Origin: an uncultured Candidatus Saccharibacteria bacterium
GTDB lineage: Bacteria; Patescibacteriota; Minisyncoccia; Phycocordibacterales; CAIZLB01
Length of the DNA: 64,000 nucleotides
Direction of reading: 5' to 3'
NCBI GenBank assembly: GCA_964607805.1
Contig: CAZSLF010000003.1
Coordinates: 3,190-67,189, forward strand
Shown: in pieces, positions 16,675 to 28,128 of the stretch
Layout of the letters: each line of letters begins with the position of its first letter
Numbering within the stretch: position 1 is the stretch's first letter
Program-made: the position numbers and the translations under genes
Notes under the pieces: generated by a model
The model's database searches: none
Seen by the model: only the letters and a program-made list of their open reading frames with translations
Told to the model about the DNA's origin: nothing

Positions 16675-17880
16675 ATGTTATATAAATATAAAGTAATTAA
16701 TCAAAATGGAGTTGAAGAGGCAGGAACAATTGACGCACAGACTATTGATATTGCTGTAAGTTCACTTCAGAGACGTGGTTTAGTTATTACTTCAATACAT
16801 CCGGCCGATGAAGTCGGTTTCTTTCAAAGAGATCTAGGTATTTTTGATCGTGTAAAGCAAAAAGATATTGTGATTTTGTCTAGACAGATGTCGACTTTGT
16901 TCACATCTCAAGTATCTGCTTTGCGAATTTTTAGACTTCTATCTACAGAAGCAGAAAATAAGCCTCTCCGTGCTGTTTTAAGTCAGGTATCAGATGATAT
17001 TCAGGGAGGTAGTGCGATTTCACTTGCTCTCTCGAAACACTCTAAAGTTTTCTCAAACTTCTATGTGAATATGGTAAAGGCAGGTGAGGAATCAGGTAAA
17101 TTGGATCAAACTTTTCAATTCCTAGCAGACTACCTAGATAGAAACTATGAAGTTACAAGTAAGGTGAAGAACTCACTTATTTATCCAATCTTCGTAATTG
17201 GTACTTTTATCGCCGTTATGGTGCTTATGCTTACCGTGGTTATTCCAAAAATCAGTCAGATTTTGATTGATTCAGGTCAAGAAATTCCTGTTTATACAAA
17301 GGTGGTAATTGCACTTAGTTCATTCCTTGTAAATTGGTGGATCCCTATGCTAATTGTTCTCCTTGGAATAGGATTTGTTGTTTGGAGATATAGTAAAACA
17401 GAACCAGGAGAATATGCTATGTCTACTCTTAAAATTCAGATTCCATATATTGGAAATCTATTTAGAAAATTATATCTTTCTAGAATTGCTGATAACTTGA
17501 ACACTCTTCTTTCCAGTGGAGTTCCTGTGGTAAAAGCCATGGAACTTACTTCTAGTGTTGTGGATAATAAAATATTTGAAAATATTATTGTAAAAAGTCT
17601 GGACGATATTAAAGCGGGAACTGCACTATCAGACGCGATGGGGAAGTATAAAGAAATTCCTGGAATCATGATTCAGATGATGAAAATTGGAGAAGAATCA
17701 GGAGAATTAGGAAATATTCTTAAGACACTTGCCAAATTCTATCAAAGAGAGGTTATGCAAGCTGTAGACACTCTAGTTGATCTTATCGAACCTGCCATGA
17801 TTGTAGTACTAGGTCTTGGTGTAGGTATTCTACTCGCTTCAGTATTGATTCCAATCTACAATATCTCATCAAGCTTCTAA
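16675..17880 (+). CDS. pilC: type IV pilus platform protein PilC (T2SS F family)
   Basis: 401 aa with two T2SSF repeats (..MVKAGEESGKLD.. and ..MMKIGEESGELG..) and 3 TM segments. Confidence 0.9.
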   Translation: MLYKYKVINQNGVEEAGTIDAQTIDIAVSSLQRRGLVITSIHPADEVGFFQRDLGIFDRVKQKDIVILSRQMSTLFTSQVSALRIFRLLSTEAENKPLRAVLSQVSDDIQGGSAISLALSKHSKVFSNFYVNMVKAGEESGKLDQTFQFLADYLDRNYEVTSKVKNSLIYPIFVIGTFIAVMVLMLTVVIPKISQILIDSGQEIPVYTKVVIALSSFLVNWWIPMLIVLLGIGFVVWRYSKTEPGEYAMSTLKIQIPYIGNLFRKLYLSRIADNLNTLLSSGVPVVKAMELTSSVVDNKIFENIIVKSLDDIKAGTALSDAMGKYKEIPGIMIQMMKIGEESGELGNILKTLAKFYQREVMQAVDTLVDLIEPAMIVVLGLGVGILLASVLIPIYNISSSF

Positions 17881-18041
17881 AAGTAGTTAGTAAAATATGT
17901 TTAGTTGATTTGGAAAATGGCTTAATTGCTAGTTTATCCACACCAGCAAACTATATAGTTGTATAACTGCTATACTTAAAGCACCTAAGGATCTTAATTG
18001 ATCAGAAGGTTTGGTTAATTAAAATTTAGATAACGTTATTT

Positions 18042-18122
18042 ATAAATTTATAAAATGAAAAAATTACAGAATAGAGGTTTTACATTGATTGAGCTTTTGG
18101 TGGTTATTGCCATCATTGGTAT
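18042..18122 (+). repeat. 81-nt direct repeat, copy 1 (pilin promoter-proximal region and N-terminal 22 codons)
   Basis: Identical over 81 nt to 18647-18727 (ataaatttataaaATGaaaaaattacag...catcattggtat). Confidence 0.95.
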
Positions 18123-18504
18123 TCTTTCATCAGTAGTTCTTGCGTCTTTGACGACAGCTCGAACTAAGGGTCAGCAAGCAGCGGTTCAGTCTGATCTTTC
18201 AGGTATGAGATCTCAGATGGAACTTTACTACGGTTCAAATGGTAATATGTACTCACCCCTAGGAGCCACTGTGGCTGTTTGTACAGCTGGAGGTGAAACA
18301 GGACCATTTGCTGCTGCTGCAGTAAACGGTGTTTACTCACTAGCAACTGGAGCTCGATCTAAGGGTGCTACGGTTACTTGTAGAGCTACAACTACTGCAT
18401 GGCACGCATCTGGGGCAATCGGAGGAGTAACATACTGTGTAGACAGTACTGGAAACTCAACTACATCAGCGACTGTGTCAGATACTGATTTCAACTGTCT
18501 ATAA
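18055..18504 (+). CDS. type IV pilin (prepilin with N-terminal methylation motif)
   Basis: MKKLQNRGFTLIELLVVIAIIGIL: G/F cleavage site, Glu5, hydrophobic helix. C-terminal Cys pair. Confidence 0.9.
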   Translation: MKKLQNRGFTLIELLVVIAIIGILSSVVLASLTTARTKGQQAAVQSDLSGMRSQMELYYGSNGNMYSPLGATVAVCTAGGETGPFAAAAVNGVYSLATGARSKGATVTCRATTTAWHASGAIGGVTYCVDSTGNSTTSATVSDTDFNCL

Positions 18505-18524
18505 AAATTACAGTTTAGTTTGAT

Positions 18525-18558
18525 AAAAAAACAACCTCTTCGGAGGTTGTTTTTTTAT
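18525..18558 (+). terminator. intrinsic terminator
   Basis: AAAAAAACAACCTC-TTCG-GAGGTTGTTTTTTT. Confidence 0.85.
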
Positions 18559-18646
18559 TTGCATTGAAAAGTTCTCCACAGGGGGTAATAATTTTGTATA
18601 TATAAGGGTTATAATTAATTTAATTATTGTTAATAGGGGTATTTAT

Positions 18647-18727
18647 ATAAATTTATAAAATGAAAAAATTACAGAATAGAGGTTTTACATTGATTGAGCT
18701 TTTGGTGGTTATTGCCATCATTGGTAT
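18647..18727 (+). repeat. 81-nt direct repeat, copy 2
   Basis: Identical to 18042-18122. Confidence 0.95.
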
Positions 18728-19172
18728 ATTATCAGCTATCGTAATGATCGCACTGAATTCTGCAAGATCAAAGGGTTCTTCTGCTGGAATTAAGTCGCAT
18801 ATGACTAGTTTGAGAAACCAAGCAGAGCTTTATTACAATACAACTGGTAATAAGAGTTATGGATTAGGAGGTTTGGTAGCTGCTGGAAACTGCCCTGGTA
18901 CATCCGCATTGTTTTTGGCAGGGACAAACAGTCTAAGTGGTATCATAAATGGTATCTTGGCAGATGGAGTTCCTGTTTTGAACACTTGGTGTGCCACAAA
19001 TGGAACAACTGTTACTAATGCAACGGCCTGGGCAGTAGCAGTAATCGATCCAGGGGTCCCTGGAGGAACATCTGCGCTATGCATTGATAGTTTAAGAGCT
19101 ACACTTAGAAGTGTTACTATAACACCAGCAAATACACCAGGTAACGCAATTAGTGCTGGATCATGTATATAG
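18660..19172 (+). CDS. type IV pilin, second paralogue
   Basis: The first 25 residues (MKKLQNRGFTLIELLVVIAIIGILS) match the first pilin exactly, 22 of them through the identical 81-nt repeat; the C-terminal domain is divergent. Confidence 0.9.
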   Translation: MKKLQNRGFTLIELLVVIAIIGILSAIVMIALNSARSKGSSAGIKSHMTSLRNQAELYYNTTGNKSYGLGGLVAAGNCPGTSALFLAGTNSLSGIINGILADGVPVLNTWCATNGTTVTNATAWAVAVIDPGVPGGTSALCIDSLRATLRSVTITPANTPGNAISAGSCI

Positions 19173-19208
19173 TCTGTAGATTAAGTCATTGATCAATACT
19201 CTAAGTCA

Positions 19209-19242
19209 AAAAAACACTCGAAACACCGGGTGTTTTTTTGTT
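19209..19242 (+). terminator. intrinsic terminator
   Basis: ACACTCG-AAACAC-CGGGTGT (one G.U) followed by T7. Confidence 0.7.
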
Positions 19243-19273
19243 TTCATCATATTCACTGATATAATATTTCGAC

Positions 19274-20140
19274 ATGAATAGTATTTTCTCTGCAGAGGTA
19301 ATTGCCAATTACTTACCAATCATATTTGTTGGAATTTTAGGCCTAATAATTGGGAGTTTTTTGAACGTGCTAATACTCCGATACAATACTGGTAAAGGTT
19401 TTGGTGGCCGGTCAATGTGTTTTTCTTGTAGAAGACAATTAACCTCAATAGATCTTGTTCCTCTGCTTAGTTTTTTGGGTTTTAAAGGGCGTTGCCGAAC
19501 TTGTAAATCAAAAATATCGCCTCAATACATATTAGTAGAAATAATCACTGCACTATTTTTTATTGCAGCTTATATACATAATGTGGCTTTGTTTGGGTCT
19601 GCGAGCCAGGGTTCATTTTCAATATTATTTATAATAAAACTAGCAACTGACTTCACTATCATGTCCCTTTTAGTTTCTATGGTTGCTTATGACATAAGGC
19701 ATAAAATAATTCCTGATATTGCAGTTGTGTTATTTGGTATTCTGGCTTTAATTTCGCAGTTTGCTTTAGGGAATCTTGATTGGAGATTATTTATCGCTGG
19801 TCCAATTCTAGCTTTGCCTTTCTATCTAATATGGCTTTTATCACAAGGACGATGGATGGGGCTAGGGGATGCCAAACTAGTTATCGGCTTCGGATGGATG
19901 CTAGGTCTATCAGCTGGCGCAACAGCTATCATATTTGGATTCTGGTTTGGAGCAATTATCTCTGTACTTTTGATTGCAATTCAGCGTATTACGAACTTGG
20001 AAAAGGTTCGCCGGTGGACACGAAGTCTCCATATTCCTCGCCTCAATATGAAGAGCGAAATACCTTTTGCACCGTTTTTGATTGCAGGCCTCCTCATTGT
20101 CTATATTTTAGGGTATAATTTATTTACATTCAGTTTGTAA
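19274..20140 (+). CDS. pilD: prepilin peptidase / N-methyltransferase PilD (A24 family)
   Basis: Cys-rich N-terminal CFSC...CRTC segment. Catalytic Asp contexts YDIRHKIIPD and GLGDAKL. Confidence 0.9.
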   Translation: MNSIFSAEVIANYLPIIFVGILGLIIGSFLNVLILRYNTGKGFGGRSMCFSCRRQLTSIDLVPLLSFLGFKGRCRTCKSKISPQYILVEIITALFFIAAYIHNVALFGSASQGSFSILFIIKLATDFTIMSLLVSMVAYDIRHKIIPDIAVVLFGILALISQFALGNLDWRLFIAGPILALPFYLIWLLSQGRWMGLGDAKLVIGFGWMLGLSAGATAIIFGFWFGAIISVLLIAIQRITNLEKVRRWTRSLHIPRLNMKSEIPFAPFLIAGLLIVYILGYNLFTFSL

Positions 20141-20156
20141 ATGGTTTCTCATATAT

Positions 20157-20864
20157 ATGAATTCAAATAATCTAAAAAAGCAGTTTGAAAGATTGAGTAA
20201 TTGTCTTGGCAATAAAATAAGCGGCAAAATAAATTTTGGATTTACTATAGTCGAATTAATTGTAGTAGTAGGAATTTTCTCTTTGATAATGGCCGTAGCG
20301 CTATGGAACCAAAAAGAATTAAGTAATAATATTTTGATTACAAATCTATCGTATGAAATTGCATTAGCTGTTCGTGAGACACAATCATATGGAATTGGAG
20401 TAAGAACAAACGTAGCTAATCCAACTTCTGCTGATTTTAGAAAACCATTCGGATTTCATGTGGATCTAGATAACCCAAAGCGGTGGGTTCTATTCCAGGA
20501 TAAAGATGAGGACAGTGAATTTGATGTAGGTGAAATTTACGCCATTTATACATTCCAAAATCAAAATGGCAATGAGATAACGGCACTTTGTTTAAATCAT
20601 CCAGTTTCTGTGCCTTGTAGGAGGGATCCTGCGCTCGGAAGTTCATTTATCACACTTAACATTCTATTCAAAAGACCAAATCCTGAAGCTTTTTTCAAAG
20701 GGGATAAGGGGTTGGGAAGTGGAGAGACTGCTTTTCCAGGACCAGCATACATAGTAGTAAATACTCCAGGAAGGAATAATTGTCGTGCAATTATAGTCGA
20801 AACTACAGGACAAATTAGAGTAGAAAGCGCGGCAAGCACTAATCCTGCATGTCAGAATCTTTAA
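20157..20864 (+). CDS. minor pilin / pseudopilin
   Basis: Prepilin motif GFTIVELIVVVGIFSLIM after a 27-aa leader. Confidence 0.75.
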   Translation: MNSNNLKKQFERLSNCLGNKISGKINFGFTIVELIVVVGIFSLIMAVALWNQKELSNNILITNLSYEIALAVRETQSYGIGVRTNVANPTSADFRKPFGFHVDLDNPKRWVLFQDKDEDSEFDVGEIYAIYTFQNQNGNEITALCLNHPVSVPCRRDPALGSSFITLNILFKRPNPEAFFKGDKGLGSGETAFPGPAYIVVNTPGRNNCRAIIVETTGQIRVESAASTNPACQNL

Positions 20865-21601
20865 AATATTCCATTACATATATCAAAAATTTAGCTTACA
20901 CCATTTACATGAATAAAATTCCTCAACACTCTACTGGATACTCAAAAAAATACTCGTCAAAGCATAATTCACAAAAGGCTTTTACTTTGATTGAGATGAT
21001 GGTATCTGTAACACTTTTCTTAATTGTAATGACTATTGTACTTGGGGCTGTGCTTGCAATTATCGACGGAAATAAAAAGACTCAGGCTATAAACGGCGTA
21101 TCAAATAACTTGAGTACTTCAATTGAGAGTATGGTTCGAGATATCAAGACAGGTCATAAATATCGATGTGGAGTTACGCTTGGAAATCCTCCTGCCTCAG
21201 CACCTGTAGTGGTTGTGGGTGGTGCTCTCGATGTTCCTGCTGGAACCCCTTGTGATGCTAGTGCAGCTGTAAGTAGTATTACTTTCATGTCTACAATTTC
21301 AGGAACTCCTAGACCAGTACAGTACGCTAGACAATTAACTGCTGGTAAAGGCAGTATTGTTAAAGTATTTTGTCCTGCAAGCGTGGCAGATTGCTCTGAC
21401 CCGGCTAACTATATGCGAGTGACAATTACATCTCCAGATATAAACGTGACTAGAATGGCCCTATATGTAAAAGTTCCAGCTCCAAGTACTGATCAACCAG
21501 GAGTATTCGTACAGATTCAAGGTACTGCTGCAGTAAACGCTTCGACCGCTTCAGACTTCAGTATTCAGACATTTATTTCACAAAGACTTCTAAATATTTA
21601 A
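20849..21601 (+). CDS. minor pilin / pseudopilin
   Basis: AFTLIEMMVSVTLFLIVM prepilin motif. The track start overlaps the previous gene; the ATG at 20909 (MNKIPQH) is an alternative start. Confidence 0.75.
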   Translation: MSESLKYSITYIKNLAYTIYMNKIPQHSTGYSKKYSSKHNSQKAFTLIEMMVSVTLFLIVMTIVLGAVLAIIDGNKKTQAINGVSNNLSTSIESMVRDIKTGHKYRCGVTLGNPPASAPVVVVGGALDVPAGTPCDASAAVSSITFMSTISGTPRPVQYARQLTAGKGSIVKVFCPASVADCSDPANYMRVTITSPDINVTRMALYVKVPAPSTDQPGVFVQIQGTAAVNASTASDFSIQTFISQRLLNI

Positions 21602-21605
21602 TCAC

Positions 21606-22238
21606 ATGAATTCATCACATAAAAAAATGCATAAAGGTTTTGAAGGAAAGAAAGGATTAACTATTGTAGAATCTCTGGTAGCAATTTCTATTCTTATGAT
21701 TGCAGTACTGGGTCCTTTAGTTGTTGTATCGCAAGCTTTTAAAATATCTTTCTTTGCTAGAGATCAGATGACTGCTTTTTATCTTGCACAAGAATCTATT
21801 GAATATGTTAGAAATGCCAGAGATAGAAATTCACTTACACAAGAAGATCCTGCTGATTGGTTAGATGGTATTGCAGTGGATAGTGCAGGTGTTCCAATTG
21901 CAATTACTGTAAATGATATTGGTGCCCCAGCCCCAGTTAAATATCAACTGGTTAGATCAGGTACTTCATATAGATTGCTTATGTGTGGAGGAACTCCAAG
22001 TACTTGTCCTAAGGTAAGATACACTTCAAGTACTGGTTTATATGGAACTGAAACGGGCGGCACTCAGTCTGTGTATACAAGAGAGATTACATTTACAAAA
22101 GTTCCTGATGATCCAGCAGCTGAGCAAGAAATATCAGTGAAAGTTCTTATGACTTGGAACCAGGTGGGTGGAACATATAAATTCCCACTATATGAACACC
22201 TTACAAACTGGAAGATTCAGAATTATGAAGGTAGTTAA
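21606..22238 (+). CDS. minor pilin / pseudopilin
   Basis: GLTIVESLVAISILMIAV prepilin motif. Confidence 0.75.
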   Translation: MNSSHKKMHKGFEGKKGLTIVESLVAISILMIAVLGPLVVVSQAFKISFFARDQMTAFYLAQESIEYVRNARDRNSLTQEDPADWLDGIAVDSAGVPIAITVNDIGAPAPVKYQLVRSGTSYRLLMCGGTPSTCPKVRYTSSTGLYGTETGGTQSVYTREITFTKVPDDPAAEQEISVKVLMTWNQVGGTYKFPLYEHLTNWKIQNYEGS

Positions 22239-22279
22239 TATGTGAATGGTTTCTGATATACTTAATCCAAACAATTGAT

Positions 22280-22933
22280 ATGACTCGATTTATAAACAAA
22301 CTAAAAGAAAAGAATAAAGCATTTACGCTTTTTGTATCACTAATCGTGGCCTCGCTTCTACTGGCAGTTGGATTTTCAATTGGGAATATATTAATTAAAC
22401 AATTAACACTTGCTTCATCTGGAAGTGGATCTCTTGTTGCTTTTTACGCAGCTGATAGTGCCGCAGAATGTGCCATGTACTGGGATAGAAAAAATAGTGC
22501 AGGGTTTACTGTTGCTGATAGTCCTTTCAGTACATCTACAATTGGGGATGTCAGAATTGTTTGCGGAAAGGGGACTGGCACAGGAGATGACGATGATGAC
22601 GATCCAATAACAGGTCTTGTTTATGGATTTAAAAAAGTTTGTGATGATAGTGTCTGTGGCGTCGGAGCAACAACTGCTACAACTGTTTTCTATGTAGATA
22701 CTAGTGATCCTACTGATCCAGCATCTAAATCTTGTGCTTTTGTTACTGTAGTTAAAACATATAATCCTTCAACAGGCATAGAAGATACATCTATTGATGC
22801 AAGAGGTTATAACGGAGCACTAGTAATCGATCGAAGTATTCCTGGATACGGTATGGACCATTTAAATCCAAACGTAAAATGTGATCTAGGTCAACCAAAG
22901 ACTGTAGAGCGAGGTATTTTCATAAACTACTAA
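22280..22933 (+). CDS. pilin-like protein lacking Glu5 (PilX/GspK-like position)
   Basis: AFTLFVSLIVASLLLAVG hydrophobic N-terminus without the conserved Glu. Internal GDDDDDDP tract. Confidence 0.6.
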   Translation: MTRFINKLKEKNKAFTLFVSLIVASLLLAVGFSIGNILIKQLTLASSGSGSLVAFYAADSAAECAMYWDRKNSAGFTVADSPFSTSTIGDVRIVCGKGTGTGDDDDDDPITGLVYGFKKVCDDSVCGVGATTATTVFYVDTSDPTDPASKSCAFVTVVKTYNPSTGIEDTSIDARGYNGALVIDRSIPGYGMDHLNPNVKCDLGQPKTVERGIFINY

Positions 22934-22949
22934 ATTTCGTGTATGATAG

Positions 22950-25154
<2,205 letters not shown>

Positions 25155-25329
25155 TTTCAGACAGTTTGTAATAGTTTATATAGATATTTCTGGGATTTTT
25201 TGCACATACAGAAAGATATTTTTGTAAATGGCTAATCTTAAGGATTATTTTACTTTTTATTTATCAAAATTTAATGTACGTCAATATAGACTTCATTTGT
25301 TTATAAGTAAATAATTAAGATAACGATAT

Positions 25330-25722
25330 ATGAAAGTATTAGAAGCAAAAAAAGAAGAATATGTATTGAACTCTACATTTGAGGTATTTAGCTCAGATAT
25401 GGGTGATTTTCAATTGCTGACTGCAACTCAATTTGAGAATTTGAGGGTTGATGTAGAGCAATTAAAAGTAGATGTTAAGGAATTAAGACAAGATGTAAAC
25501 CAATTGAAGATTGACGTATCTATTCTAAAGGCAGATATGATAGAGGTTAAAAAAGATATAGCCCAACTTAAGGTCGACGTTTCAGAAATGAAAAATGATA
25601 TCCGGGAAATAAAAGCTGACCTACGTGAGCTTAAAGCAGAGTTTTTAGATTTCAAGAAATTCGTTATGGAAATGTTGAAGTCACATGAATTCAGGCTGAG
25701 ATCTATAGAAGCTACTGCATAA
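25330..25722 (+). CDS. hypothetical coiled-coil protein built from about 11 consecutive heptads (xDVxxLK)
   Basis: VDVEQLK VDVKELR QDVNQLK IDVSILK ADMIEVK KDIAQLK VDVSEMK NDIREIK ADLRELK ... Confidence 0.6.
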   Translation: MKVLEAKKEEYVLNSTFEVFSSDMGDFQLLTATQFENLRVDVEQLKVDVKELRQDVNQLKIDVSILKADMIEVKKDIAQLKVDVSEMKNDIREIKADLRELKAEFLDFKKFVMEMLKSHEFRLRSIEATA

Positions 25723-25824
25723 GAGGTGAGCATCTTACAAAATAATAAAAAAGCCCCTCCAACCGTTACCTTTGTTCATCGTAATAGATGATCACATTGG
25801 TATTGGTTGAAGGGGTTTTGCCGA

Positions 25825-26025
25825 TTACTCGGTTTCGGCTTTCGGGGTTTGGAGGGAGCGACTCATCGAGTAGGTAAGCCAAACTCCGATTGCGAGCGAG
25901 ATTCCTGTGGTGATATCTCGCGGTAAGCCAGGCTGCATTCCCATGAGGGATTTGCCAGCGCTGCGGTAAGAGAAGAAGATCACGACGACAAGTGCCAAGC
26001 ATGCAATGAACTGTTTCGAATTCAT
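25825..26025 (-). CDS. hypothetical small two-TM membrane protein
   Basis: Internal ATG at 26025 gives a 66-aa protein MNSKQFIACLALVVVIFFSY...ISLAIGVWLTYSM. Locally GC-rich. Followed by a long hairpin plus T-tract at about 25746-25800. Confidence 0.4.
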   Translation of the reverse strand: MNSKQFIACLALVVVIFFSYRSAGKSLMGMQPGLPRDITTGISLAIGVWLTYSMSRSLQTPKAETE

Positions 26026-26159
26026 GGGTTGTGTAGGTTCTGGATTGATTTTCGGACGAAATACTGACTTTCTGAACGACCATATTATACACCTAAACCA
26101 CCATATTGTCAATACCCTAGGTAATCCAAAAAATAAAGGGTATATGCTATGATGGCGCT

Positions 26160-26576
26160 ATGAATATGTCTCAAAACGACACAGTAAATGACACAGCAAA
26201 CGACACTGAAAAGAGCGTCCAAGACGCCACAACAGGAACTCAAGAATTCACAGTCGCAGATGTGGAAAAACTGGCAGCTCTATCGCGCCTGGCGCTAACC
26301 GCTGATGAGAAGGTTACATTCGCTAAGGAGATTGGTGGTATTTTGTCGTACGTTGGGCAGATCCAAGAGGTGTCGGCTGGTGCGATTGATTCGGAAAATC
26401 ATGCGCCTAGAACTGATAAGAGTCATTATCCTCATAGAAATATTATGCGAGAAGATGTGGCGGATAAGGGAACTGGAGCTGAATTAAATCCCGATTCGTC
26501 GGTGTTAGTCGAAAGTGCACCAAGACATACTGAAGAATATATACAAGTTAAGAAGATTCTTGGCGGATCGCAGTAA
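26160..26576 (+). CDS. gatC: Asp/Glu-tRNA(Asn/Gln) amidotransferase subunit C with N-terminal extension
   Basis: VEKLAALSRLALTADEKVTFAKEIGGILSYVGQIQEV is the GatC core. Directly upstream of gatA. Confidence 0.85.
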   Translation: MNMSQNDTVNDTANDTEKSVQDATTGTQEFTVADVEKLAALSRLALTADEKVTFAKEIGGILSYVGQIQEVSAGAIDSENHAPRTDKSHYPHRNIMREDVADKGTGAELNPDSSVLVESAPRHTEEYIQVKKILGGSQ

Positions 26577-26627
26577 TTTGCGAATTTGTGTGAAAATTAA
26601 AAAGTCCAAAAAGAAATCGAAAAAAAC

Positions 26628-28121
26628 ATGAAAGACAATCTCAAAAATTTAACAATCACAAAAGCTCAGGAACTTTTTTCGGCGGGCGAGGCTACTTCGG
26701 CTGAGTTGGTTGATTACTATCTTTCAGTTATTAAAGAAAAGGAGGGAGAGATAAATGCATTTCGAGAAGTTTTTGCAGATGTAAAAGACGCCGCTGATGC
26801 AGCAGATAAAGAGCGGGCAGAAATTACGCAGGCAAGCGCAGGAGATACAAAGGCTTGGATAAAGGTTAAGCCTTTGCTTGGTATGCCATTTTCAATAAAA
26901 GATAATATTTTAGTAAATGGAAAAATCGCAGGAGCCAGCTCAAAGATGCTTGAAAACTATGTTGCACCCCACGACGCGACTGTAATTAAAAAGTTACGAG
27001 AAGCAGGCGCGATCTTTATCGGCCGAGTAAATATGGATGAATTCGCCATGGGAGGTTCAACTGAAAACTCTGCATATGGCCCTACAAAAAATCCACATGA
27101 CCTAACTCGTGTAGTAGGTGGATCATCGGGCGGATCAATTGCATCTGTCGCTATGGACGCATCTATTGCATCTCTTGGATCAGACACTGGTGGATCAATC
27201 AGACAGCCTGCATCCTACGCCGGAGTAATTGGACTTAAGCCTACATATGGAAGTGTTTCAAGACATGGTCTTATGGCAATGGGTTCATCGCTAGATGTTA
27301 TCGGTCCAATCACTCGAAGTCTCGAAGATGCTGAGTTAGTTTTCAATATTATAAAAGGAAAAGATAAATACGATGGTACTTCGCATGACAATTTAAGCGA
27401 TGGTAATTTAAATAGTGATTCAGGCGCAGGCGCGGGTTCAGGCGACCCTTCAACCATGACAATTGGAATTATTCCAGAACTTTTGAATAAAGGAGGAATC
27501 GACAAAGCTGTTCTTGATAATTTCAATTCTACAATCGAAAAATTGAAAACGGCAGGTGTGACGGTTAAAGAAATATCATTACCAAGAATATCTTACTCAC
27601 TTGCAACCTACTATATTGTTATGCCAGCTGAAGTTTCTTCAAATATGGGACGATATGATGGAATAAAATATGGAGGACATGTGGAAGGGGATACTTTACT
27701 TGCTGACTACATGAAAACTCGAGGAGAATTGCTTGGAAAAGAAGTTCGCCGAAGAATTATTCTCGGAGCATATGTGCTTTCAGCTGGGTACTACGATGCG
27801 TATTACAATAAAGCAAATATTGTTCGAGAATTACTGAAAGCGGATTTTGCCGAAGCTTTCAAATCTGTTTCTGTTATTGCAACTCCAACCGCTCCGAGCC
27901 CAGCTTTCAAAATTGGTCAAAATAGTAACGACCCGATTAAGATGTATCTTGAAGATATCTTTACTGTGCCTGCAAACTTGGTTGGAATTCCTGCAATTTC
28001 AATTCCGACAGGGACAACAGACGGATCTGATTCAGATGGAAACAAGTTGCCTTTAGCTATTCAATTCATGGCACCGCATGGTGGGGAAAAGGCACTATTT
28101 GCAATTGGAAGTGTTATATAA
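26628..28121 (+). CDS. gatA: Asp/Glu-tRNA(Asn/Gln) amidotransferase subunit A
   Basis: Amidase signature GGSSGGSIASVA...GSDTGGSIRQPASY. 497 aa. Confidence 0.92.
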   Translation: MKDNLKNLTITKAQELFSAGEATSAELVDYYLSVIKEKEGEINAFREVFADVKDAADAADKERAEITQASAGDTKAWIKVKPLLGMPFSIKDNILVNGKIAGASSKMLENYVAPHDATVIKKLREAGAIFIGRVNMDEFAMGGSTENSAYGPTKNPHDLTRVVGGSSGGSIASVAMDASIASLGSDTGGSIRQPASYAGVIGLKPTYGSVSRHGLMAMGSSLDVIGPITRSLEDAELVFNIIKGKDKYDGTSHDNLSDGNLNSDSGAGAGSGDPSTMTIGIIPELLNKGGIDKAVLDNFNSTIEKLKTAGVTVKEISLPRISYSLATYYIVMPAEVSSNMGRYDGIKYGGHVEGDTLLADYMKTRGELLGKEVRRRIILGAYVLSAGYYDAYYNKANIVRELLKADFAEAFKSVSVIATPTAPSPAFKIGQNSNDPIKMYLEDIFTVPANLVGIPAISIPTGTTDGSDSDGNKLPLAIQFMAPHGGEKALFAIGSVI

Positions 28122-28128
28122 TTGACAC

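Noticed and set aside
17918-17930. Sigma-54-like promoter TGGCTTAATTGCT upstream of the first pilin
   Set aside because: Only 7 nt separate the GG and GC dinucleotides, where the -24/-12 consensus needs 10. No sigma-54 activator was seen in the window.
25766-26092. 108-aa minus-strand ORF overlapping the 95-aa ORF at 25825-26112
   Set aside because: The sequence is not protein-like (R/H/N-rich, no hydrophobic core). The alternative frame gives a plausible two-TM protein, so only that one (from the internal ATG at 26025) was kept, with low confidence.
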